From IMG/VR virus record IMGVR_UViG_2671180338_000001: a DNA stretch of 18,852 nt; one strand, written 5' to 3'. The position numbers and the translations under genes are program-made. Source of the stretch: a virus (lineage: Duplodnaviria > Heunggongvirae > Uroviricota > Caudoviricetes). The notes beneath the pieces are model-generated. The model saw nothing but the letters and a program-made list of their open reading frames with translations. It was not told where the DNA came from and made no database searches. This document shows positions 11,713 to 18,852 of the stretch, in pieces. Numbering within the stretch: the stretch's first letter is position 1; each line of letters begins with the position of its first letter.

Positions 11713-14266
11713 ACCGGTAGGCGATCTGGTCGTTGATTTGAGTCTGGATGCGGCCAGATTTGACGAGCAGATGGCCAGAGTCAGGCGTCATTTTTCCGGT
11801 ACGGAAAGTGATGCGAAAAAAACAGCGGCAGTCGTTGAACAGTCGCTGAGCCGACAGGCGCTGGCTGCACAGAAAGCGGGGATTTCCGTCGGGCAGTATA
11901 AAGCCGCCATGCGTATGCTGCCTGCACAGTTCAACGACGTGGCCACGCAGCTTGCAGGGGGGCAGAATCCCTGGCTGATCCTGCTGCAACAGGGTGGTCA
12001 GGTTAAGGACTCCTTCGGCGGGATGATCCCCATGTTCAGGGGGCTTGCCGGCGCGATCACCCTGCCGATGGTGGGGGCCACCTCGCTGGCGGTGGCGACC
12101 GGTGCGCTGGCGTATGCCTGGTATCAGGGCAACTCAACCCTGTCCGATTTCAACAAAACGCTGGTCCTTTCCGGTAATCAGGCGGGACTGACGGCAGATC
12201 GTATGCTGGTCCTGTCCAGAGCCGGGCAGGCGGCAGGGCTGACGTTTAACCAGACCAGCGAGTCACTCAGCGCACTGGTTAAGGCGGGGGTAAGCGGTGA
12301 GGCTCAGATTGCGTCCATCAGCCAGAGTGTGGCGCGTTTCTCCTCTGCATCCGGCGTGGAGGTGGACAAGGTCGCTGAAGCCTTCGGGAAGCTGACCACA
12401 GACCCGACGTCGGGGCTGACGGCGATGGCACGCCAGTTCCATAACGTGACGGCGGAGCAGATTGCGTATGTTGCTCAGTTGCAGCGTTCCGGCGATGAAG
12501 CCGGGGCATTGCAGGCGGCGAACGAGGCCGCAACGAAAGGGTTTGATGACCAGACCCGCCGCCTGAAAGAGAACATGGGCACGCTGGAGACCTGGGCAGA
12601 CAGGACTGCACGTGCATTCAAATCCATGTGGGATGCGGTGCTGGATATTGGTCGTCCTGATACCGCGCAGGAGATGCTGATTAAGGCAGAGGCTGCGTTT
12701 AAGAAAGCAGACGACATCTGGAATCTGCGCAAGGATGATTATTTCGTTAACGATGAAGCACGGGCGCGTTACTGGGATGATCGTGAAAAAAAACGCCTGG
12801 AGCGGGATGCAGCCCAAAAGAGGGTAGATCAACAGCGTCAACAGGACAAAAATGCGCAGCAGCAGAGCGATACCGAAGCGTCACGGCTGAAATATACCGA
12901 AGAGGCGCAGAAGGCTTACGAACGGCTGCAGACGCCGCTGGAGAAATATACCGCCCGTCAGGAAGAACTGAACAAGGCACTGAAAGACGGAAAAATCCTG
13001 CAGGCAGATTACAACACGCTGATGGCGGCGGCGAAAAAGGATTATGAAGCGACGCTGAAAAAGCCGAAACAGTCCGGCGTGAAGGTGTATGCGGGCGATC
13101 GTCAGGAAGACAGTGCTCATGCGGCCCTGCTGACGCTTCAGGCAGAACTCCGGACGCTGGAGAAGCATGCCGGAGCGAATGAGAAAATCAGCCAGCAGCG
13201 CCGGGATTTGTGGAAGGCAGAAAGTCAGTTCGCGGTACTGGAGGAGGCGGCACAACGTCGCCAGCTGTCCGCACAGGAGAAATCCCTGCTGGCGCATAAA
13301 GACGAGACGCTGGAGTACAAACGCCAGCTGGCTGCACTTGGTGACAAGGTTACGTATCAGGAGCACCTGAATGCGCTGGCGCAGCAGGCGGATAAATTCG
13401 CACAGCAGCAACGGGCAAAACGGGCAGCCATTGATGCGAAAAACCGGGGGCTGACTGACCGGCAGGCAGCGCGGGAAGCCACGGAACAGCGCCTGAAGGA
13501 ACAGTATGGCGATAATCCTCTGGCGCTGAATAACGTCATGTCAGAGCAGAAAAAGACCTGGGCGGCTGAAGACCAGCTTCGCGGGAGCTGGATGGCAGGC
13601 CTGAAGTCCGGCTGGAGTGAGTGGGAAGAGAGCGCCACGGACAGTATGTCACAGGTTAAAAGTGCAGCCACGCAGACCTTTGATGGTATTGCACAGAATA
13701 TGGCGGCGATGCTGACCGGCAGTGAACAGAACTGGCGCAGCTTCACCCGCTCCGTGCTGTCCATGATGACAGAAATTCTGCTTAAGCAGGCAATGGTGGG
13801 GATTGTCGGGAGTATCGGCAGCGCCATTGGCGGGGCTGTTGGTGGCGGCGCATCCGCGTCAGGTGGTACAGCCATTCAGGCCGCTGCGGCGAAATTCCAT
13901 TTTGCAACCGGGGGATTTACGGGAACCGGCGGCAAATATGAGCCAGCGGGGATTGTTCACCGTGGTGAATTTGTCTTCACGAAGGAGGCAACCAGCCGGA
14001 TTGGCGTGGGGAATCTCTACCGGCTGATGCGCGGCTATGCGGAAGGTGGTTATGTGGGCGGTGCCGGAAGTCCGGCGCAGATGCGGCGGGCTGAAGGCAT
14101 TAATTTTAATCAGAACAATCACGTGGTGATTCAGAACGACGGTACGAATGGTCTGCCAGGTCCACAGATGATGAAGGCCGTGTATGACATGGCCCGCAAG
14201 GGTGCCCGTGATGAAATTCAGACACAGATGCGTGATGGTGGCCAGTTCTCCGGAGGTGGACGATGA
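11705..14266 (+). CDS. H: tail tape measure protein gpH
   Basis: 853 aa, same length as lambda gpH; ATG at 11705 overlaps the T stop; long helical region and Gly-rich C-terminal segment (GSIGSAIGGAVGGGASASGG). Confidence 0.96.
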   Translation: MAEPVGDLVVDLSLDAARFDEQMARVRRHFSGTESDAKKTAAVVEQSLSRQALAAQKAGISVGQYKAAMRMLPAQFNDVATQLAGGQNPWLILLQQGGQVKDSFGGMIPMFRGLAGAITLPMVGATSLAVATGALAYAWYQGNSTLSDFNKTLVLSGNQAGLTADRMLVLSRAGQAAGLTFNQTSESLSALVKAGVSGEAQIASISQSVARFSSASGVEVDKVAEAFGKLTTDPTSGLTAMARQFHNVTAEQIAYVAQLQRSGDEAGALQAANEAATKGFDDQTRRLKENMGTLETWADRTARAFKSMWDAVLDIGRPDTAQEMLIKAEAAFKKADDIWNLRKDDYFVNDEARARYWDDREKKRLERDAAQKRVDQQRQQDKNAQQQSDTEASRLKYTEEAQKAYERLQTPLEKYTARQEELNKALKDGKILQADYNTLMAAAKKDYEATLKKPKQSGVKVYAGDRQEDSAHAALLTLQAELRTLEKHAGANEKISQQRRDLWKAESQFAVLEEAAQRRQLSAQEKSLLAHKDETLEYKRQLAALGDKVTYQEHLNALAQQADKFAQQQRAKRAAIDAKNRGLTDRQAAREATEQRLKEQYGDNPLALNNVMSEQKKTWAAEDQLRGSWMAGLKSGWSEWEESATDSMSQVKSAATQTFDGIAQNMAAMLTGSEQNWRSFTRSVLSMMTEILLKQAMVGIVGSIGSAIGGAVGGGASASGGTAIQAAAAKFHFATGGFTGTGGKYEPAGIVHRGEFVFTKEATSRIGVGNLYRLMRGYAEGGYVGGAGSPAQMRRAEGINFNQNNHVVIQNDGTNGLPGPQMMKAVYDMARKGARDEIQTQMRDGGQFSGGGR

Positions 14267-14592
14267 AAACCTTCCGCTGGAAAGTGAAACCCGGTATGGA
14301 TGTGGCTTCGGCCCCTTCTGTAAGAAAGGTGCGCTTTGGTGATGGCTATTCCCAGCGAGCGCCTGCCGGGCTGAATGCCAACCTGAAAACGTACAGCGTG
14401 ACGCTTTCTGTCCCCCGTGAGGAGGCCATGGTACTGGAGTCGTTTCTGGAAGAGCACGGGGGCTGGAAAGCCTTTCTGTGGACGCCGCCTTATGAGTGGC
14501 GGCAGATAAAGGTGACCTGCGCAAAATGGTCGTCGCGGGTCAGTATGCTGCGTGTTGAGTTCAGCGCAGAGTTTGAACAGGTGGTGAACTGA
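14263..14592 (+). CDS. M: tail tip assembly protein gpM
   Basis: 109 aa MKTFRWKVKPGMDVASAPSVRKVRFGDGYSQRAP...; ATGA overlap with H stop; matches lambda M. Confidence 0.94.
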   Translation: MKTFRWKVKPGMDVASAPSVRKVRFGDGYSQRAPAGLNANLKTYSVTLSVPREEAMVLESFLEEHGGWKAFLWTPPYEWRQIKVTCAKWSSRVSMLRVEFSAEFEQVVN

Positions 14593-15290
14593 TGCAGGAT
14601 ATCCGGCAGGAAACACTGAATGAATGCACCCGTGCGGAGCAGTCGGCCAGCGTGGTGCTCTGGGAAATCGATCTGACAGAGGTCGGTGGAGAACGTTATT
14701 TTTTCTGTAATGAGCAGAACGAAAAAGGTGAGCCGGTCACCTGGCAGGGGCGACAGTATCAGCCGTATCCCATTCAGGGGAGTGGTTTTGAACTGAATGG
14801 CAAAGGCACCAGTACGCGCCCCACGCTGATGGTTTCTAACCTGTACGGTATGGTCACCGGGATGGCGGAAGATCTACAGAGTCTGGTCGGCGGAACGGTG
14901 GTCCGGCGTAAGGTTTACGCCCGTTTTCTGGATGCGGTGAACTTCGTCAACGGAAACAGTGACGCCGATCCGGAGCAGGAGGTGATCAGCCGCTGGCGCA
15001 TTGAGCAGTGCAGCGAACTGAGCGCGGTGAGTGCCTCTTTTGTACTGTCCACGCCGACGGAAACAGATGGCGCTGTTTTTCCGGGACGTATCATGCTGGC
15101 CAACACCTGCACCTGGACCTATCGCGGCGATGAGTGCGGTTATCACGGTCCGGCGGTCGCGGATGAATATGACCAGCCAACGTCCGACATCACGAAGGAT
15201 AAATGCAGCAAATGCCTGAGTGGCTGTAAGTTTCGCAATAACGTCGGCAACTTTGGCGGCTTCCTTTCCATTAACAAACTTTCGCAGTAA
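14592..15290 (+). CDS. L: tail tip protein gpL
   Basis: 232 aa MQDIRQETLNECTRAEQSASVVLWEIDL...; ATGA overlap with M stop at 14590-14592; C-terminal Cys cluster (CTWTYRGDECGYHG...CSKCLSGC) consistent with the metal-cluster region of lambda gpL. Confidence 0.95.
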   Translation: MQDIRQETLNECTRAEQSASVVLWEIDLTEVGGERYFFCNEQNEKGEPVTWQGRQYQPYPIQGSGFELNGKGTSTRPTLMVSNLYGMVTGMAEDLQSLVGGTVVRRKVYARFLDAVNFVNGNSDADPEQEVISRWRIEQCSELSAVSASFVLSTPTETDGAVFPGRIMLANTCTWTYRGDECGYHGPAVADEYDQPTSDITKDKCSKCLSGCKFRNNVGNFGGFLSINKLSQ

Positions 15291-15295
15291 ATCCC

Positions 15296-16039
15296 ATGAC
15301 AGAGACAGAATCAGCGATTCTGGCGCACGCCCGGCGATGTGCTCCAGCGGAGTCGTGCGGCTTCGTGGTAAGAACGCCGGAGGGGGAAAGATATTTCCCC
15401 TGCGTGAATATCTCCGGTGAGCCGGAGGCGTATTTCCGTATGTCGCCGGAAGACTGGCTGCAGGCAGAGATGCAGGGTGAGATTGTGGCACTGGTCCACA
15501 GCCACCCCGGTGGTCTGCCCTGGCTGAGTGAGGCCGACCGGCGGCTGCAGGTGCAGAGTGATTTGCCGTGGTGGCTGGTCTGCCGGGGGGCGATTCACAA
15601 GTTCCGCTGTGTGCCACATCTTACCGGGCGGCGCTTTGAGCACGGGGTGACGGACTGTTACACGCTGTTCCGGGATGCTTACCATCTGGCGGGGATTGAG
15701 ATGCCGGATTTTCATCGTGAGGATGACTGGTGGCGTCACGGTCAGAATCTCTATCTGGATAATCTGGAGGCCACAGGGCTGTATCAGGTGCCGTTGTCAG
15801 CGGCGCAGCCGGGCGATGTGCTGCTGTGCTGTTTTGGTTCATCGGTGCCGAATCATGCCGCCATTTACTGTGGTGACGGCGAGCTGCTGCACCATATTCC
15901 TGAACAACTGAGCAAACGAGAGAGGTATACCGACAAATGGCAGCGACGCACACACTCCCTCTGGCGTCACCGGGCATGGCACGCATCTGCCTTTACGGGG
16001 ATTTGCAACGATTTGGCCGCCGCATCGACCTTCGTGTGA
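15296..16039 (+). CDS. K: tail tip assembly protein gpK (JAMM/MPN metalloprotease-like N-terminal domain plus NlpC/P60-like C-terminal domain); canonical lambda-equivalent start is the internal ATG at 15440
   Basis: Open frame of 247 codons from ATG 15296, 6 nt after the L stop. The last 199 codons (from ATG 15440, MSPEDWLQAEMQGEIVALVHSHPGG...) correspond to lambda K as classically annotated. HSHPGGLPWLSEAD gives HxHx7Sx2D, and the only suitable upstream Glu (E19 in APAESCGF) lies in the 48-codon extension. C-terminal part has Cys (TDCYTLF) and His (NHAAIY, LHH) typical of NlpC/P60. Start assignment is uncertain: a GGAGG lies 11 nt upstream of 15440, none before 15296. Confidence 0.85.
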   Translation: MTETESAILAHARRCAPAESCGFVVRTPEGERYFPCVNISGEPEAYFRMSPEDWLQAEMQGEIVALVHSHPGGLPWLSEADRRLQVQSDLPWWLVCRGAIHKFRCVPHLTGRRFEHGVTDCYTLFRDAYHLAGIEMPDFHREDDWWRHGQNLYLDNLEATGLYQVPLSAAQPGDVLLCCFGSSVPNHAAIYCGDGELLHHIPEQLSKRERYTDKWQRRTHSLWRHRAWHASAFTGICNDLAAASTFV

Positions 16040-16608
16040 AAACGGGTGCCGAAGCCATCCGGGCGATGGCCACACAGCTCCCTGCGTTTCGTCAGAAGCT
16101 GAGCGACGGCTGGTATCAGGTGCGTATTGCCGGGCAGGATGTTAGCACGTCCGGATTAACGGCGCAGTTACATGAGGCTCTGCCTGACGGCGCTGTGATT
16201 CATATTGTTCCCAGAGTCGCCGGGGCCAAGTCAGGTGGTGTATTCCAGATTGTCCTGGGAGCAGCCGCCATTGCCGGATCATTCTTTACCGCCGGAGCCA
16301 CCCTTGCAGCATGGGGGGCTGCCATTGGTGCCGGTGGTATGACCGGCATTCTGTTTTCTCTCGGTGCCAGTATGGTGCTCGGCGGTGTGGCTCAGATGCT
16401 GGCACCGAAAGCCAGAACTCCCCGCACACAGACAACGGATAACGGTAAGCAGAACATCTATTTCTCCTCACTGGATAACATGGTTGCCCAGGGCAATGTT
16501 ATGCCTGTTCTGTATGGTGAAATGCGCGTGGGGTCACGTGTGGTATCTCAGGAGATCAGCACGGCAGACGAAGGGGACGGTGGTCAGGTTGTGGTGATTG
16601 GTCGCTGA
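15937..16608 (+). CDS. I: tail tip assembly protein gpI
   Basis: 223 aa MAATHTLPLASPGMARICLYGDLQRFGRRIDLRVKTGAEAIRAM...; starts inside the 3-prime end of K in another frame, as in lambda; Gly/Ala-rich hydrophobic central segment. Confidence 0.94.
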   Translation: MAATHTLPLASPGMARICLYGDLQRFGRRIDLRVKTGAEAIRAMATQLPAFRQKLSDGWYQVRIAGQDVSTSGLTAQLHEALPDGAVIHIVPRVAGAKSGGVFQIVLGAAAIAGSFFTAGATLAAWGAAIGAGGMTGILFSLGASMVLGGVAQMLAPKARTPRTQTTDNGKQNIYFSSLDNMVAQGNVMPVLYGEMRVGSRVVSQEISTADEGDGGQVVVIGR

Positions 16609-16668
16609 TGCAAAATGTTTTATGTGAAATCGCCTCCGGGCGGTTTTATCGTTTATGGAGCATGACGA

Positions 16669-18852
16669 ATGGGTAAAGGCAGCAGTAAGGGGCATACCCC
16701 GCGCGAAGCGAAGGACAACCTGAAGTCCACGCAGCTGCTGAGTGTGATCGATGCCATCAGCGAAGGGCCGGTTGAAGGTCCGGTGGATGGATTAAAAAGC
16801 GTGCTGCTGAACAGTACGCCGGTGCTGGACAGTGAGGGGAATACCAACATCTCCGGCGTCACGGTGGTGTTCCGGGCAGGTGAGCAGGAGCAGTCACCGC
16901 CGGAGGGATTTGAATCCTCCGGCTCCGAGACGGTGCTGGGTACGGAAGTGAAATATGACACGCCGATCACCCGGACCATCACGTCGGCAAACATTGACCG
17001 ACTGCGTTTTACCTTCGGTGTACAGGCACTGGTGGAAACCACCTCAAAGGGAGACAGGAATCCGTCTGAAGTTCGCCTGCTGGTTCAGATACAGCGTAAC
17101 GGTGGCTGGGTGACGGAAAAAGACATCACCATTAAGGGCAAAACCACCTCGCAGTATCTGGCCTCGGTGGTGGTGGATAACCTGCCGCCGCGCCCGTTTA
17201 ATATCCGGATGCGCAGAATGACGCCGGACAGCACCACAGACCAGCTGCAGAACAAAACGCTCTGGTCGTCATACACCGAAATCATCGATGTGAAACAGTG
17301 CTACCCGAACACGGCACTGGTCGGCGTACAGGTGGATTCGGAGCAGTTCGGCAGCCAGCAGGTGAGCCGTAATTATCATCTTCGCGGGCGCATTCTGCAG
17401 GTGCCGTCGAACTATAATCCGCAGACGCGGCAATACAGCGGTATCTGGGACGGAACGTTAAAACCGGCATACAGCAACAACATGGCCTGGTGTCTGTGGG
17501 ATATGCTGACCCATCCGCGCTATGGCATGGGGAAACGTCTTGGTGCGGCAGATGTGGATAAATGGGCGCTGTATGTCATCGGCCAGTACTGTGACCAGTC
17601 GGTGCCGGACGGCTTTGGCAGCACGGAGCCGCGCATCACCTGTAATGCCTGGCTGACCACACAGCGCAAGGCGTGGGATGTGCTCAGTGATTTCTGCTCG
17701 GCGATGCGCTGTATGCCGGTATGGAACGGGCAGACGCTGACGTTCGTGCAGGACCGACAGTCGGATAAGGTGTGGGCCTATAACCGCAGTAATGTGGTGA
17801 TGCCGGATGATGGCGCGCCGTTCCGCTACAGTTTCAGCGCCCTGAAAGACCGCCATAATGCCGTTGAGGTGAACTGGATTGACCCGGATAACGGCTGGGA
17901 GACGGCGACAGAGCTTGTGGAGGATACGCAGGCCATTGTCCGTTACGGTCGTAACGTCACGAAGATGGATGCCTTTGGCTGTACCAGCCGGGGGCAGGCA
18001 CACCGCGCCGGGCTGTGGCTGATTAAAACGGAACTGCTGGAGACGCAGACCGTGGATTTCAGCGTGGGTGCTGAAGGGCTTCGTCATGTACCGGGCGATG
18101 TCATTGAAATCTGCGATGATGACTATGCCGGTATCCGCACCGGCGGGCGCGTGCTGGCGGTGAACAGCCAGACCCGGACGCTGACGCTCGACCGTGAAAT
18201 CACGCTGCCATCCTCCGGCACCACGCTGATAAGCCTGGTTGACGGGCAGGGGAATCCGGTCAGCGTGGAGGTCCAGTCCGTCACCGACGGCGTGAAGGTA
18301 AAAGTGAGCCGTGTTCCTGACGGTGTTGCTGAATACAGCGTGTGGGGGCTGAAGCTGCCGACGCTGCACCAGCGATTGTTCCGCTGCGTGAGTATCCGTG
18401 AGAACGACGACGGCACGTATGCCATCACCGCCGTGCAGCATGTGCCGGAAAAAGAAGCCATCGTGGATAACGGGGCGCACTTTGACGGCGACCAGAGCGG
18501 CACGGTGAATGGTGTCACGCCGCCAGCGGTGCAGCACCTGACTGCCGAAGTCACCGCAGACAGCGGGGAATATCAGGTGCTGGCGCGCTGGGACACGCCG
18601 AAGGTGGTGAAGGGCGTGAGCTTCCTGCTCCGTCTGACCGTAACAGCGGATGACGGCAGTGAGCGGCTGGTCAGCACGGCCCGGACGACGGAAACCACTT
18701 ACCGCTTCACACAACTGGCGCTGGGGAACTACAGGCTGACAGTCCGGGCAGTAAATGCGTGGGGGCAGCAGGGCGATCCGGCGTCGGTATCGTTCCGGAT
18801 TGCCGCACCGGCAGCGCTGTCGCGGATTGAGCTGACGCCGGGCTATTTTCAG
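16669..18852 (+). CDS. J: central tail fiber / host specificity protein gpJ, N-terminal ~728 codons; continues past the window end
   Basis: ATG at 16669 preceded by GGAG; translation MGKGSSKGHTPREAKDNLKSTQLLSVIDAISEGPVEGPVDGLKS... matches the lambda J N-terminus; no stop in frame before position 18852. Confidence 0.93.
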   Translation, partial: MGKGSSKGHTPREAKDNLKSTQLLSVIDAISEGPVEGPVDGLKSVLLNSTPVLDSEGNTNISGVTVVFRAGEQEQSPPEGFESSGSETVLGTEVKYDTPITRTITSANIDRLRFTFGVQALVETTSKGDRNPSEVRLLVQIQRNGGWVTEKDITIKGKTTSQYLASVVVDNLPPRPFNIRMRRMTPDSTTDQLQNKTLWSSYTEIIDVKQCYPNTALVGVQVDSEQFGSQQVSRNYHLRGRILQVPSNYNPQTRQYSGIWDGTLKPAYSNNMAWCLWDMLTHPRYGMGKRLGAADVDKWALYVIGQYCDQSVPDGFGSTEPRITCNAWLTTQRKAWDVLSDFCSAMRCMPVWNGQTLTFVQDRQSDKVWAYNRSNVVMPDDGAPFRYSFSALKDRHNAVEVNWIDPDNGWETATELVEDTQAIVRYGRNVTKMDAFGCTSRGQAHRAGLWLIKTELLETQTVDFSVGAEGLRHVPGDVIEICDDDYAGIRTGGRVLAVNSQTRTLTLDREITLPSSGTTLISLVDGQGNPVSVEVQSVTDGVKVKVSRVPDGVAEYSVWGLKLPTLHQRLFRCVSIRENDDGTYAITAVQHVPEKEAIVDNGAHFDGDQSGTVNGVTPPAVQHLTAEVTADSGEYQVLARWDTPKVVKGVSFLLRLTVTADDGSERLVSTARTTETTYRFTQLALGNYRLTVRAVNAWGQQGDPASVSFRIAAPAALSRIELTPGYFQ

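Noticed and set aside
13859-14524. 221-aa ORF on the minus strand
   Set aside because: Antisense to the H/M region; GC-rich spurious frame.
14874-15617. 247-aa ORF on the minus strand
   Set aside because: Antisense to L and K; Ala/Pro/Arg-rich; no support beyond length.
16631-16650. Short GC stem (cgcc/ggcg) plus T-rich stretch between I and J
   Set aside because: Only 4 bp of pairing and an interrupted T-run; too weak to call a terminator, and J must be co-transcribed with the upstream tail genes.
17458-18714. 418-aa ORF on the minus strand
   Set aside because: Lies entirely antisense within J, which is strongly supported by homology. The translation is Arg/His/Ala-rich and low-complexity, typical of chance open frames in GC-rich coding DNA.

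Overview
This window is the late morphogenesis (DNA packaging, head, tail) operon of a phage lambda-like prophage, collinear gene for gene with lambda Nu1 through J, all on the + strand. Protein lengths match lambda (A 641, B 533, C 439, E 341, H 853 aa and so on) and J runs off the right edge. The first ~1.1 kb is a visibly AT-rich accessory segment with two minus-strand small genes, broken by two N-runs (543-573, 723-770), followed by an intact cos site (cosN plus cosB R3/I1/R2/R1) directly upstream of Nu1. That joined-cos arrangement is what an integrated or circular phage genome shows, not a virion end. I found no tRNA, rRNA, CRISPR array, integrase, transposase, toxin-antitoxin or recognisable defence system, and no inserted cargo inside the structural block, so I do not see a previously undescribed system here. 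The two items most worth follow-up are a 48-codon in-frame N-terminal extension of tail gene K that supplies the missing Glu of a JAMM/MPN metalloprotease motif, and a 12-nt cohesive-end sequence that differs from the lambda sequence as I recall it. All homology statements are from reading the translations and from memory of lambda; no database search was run.
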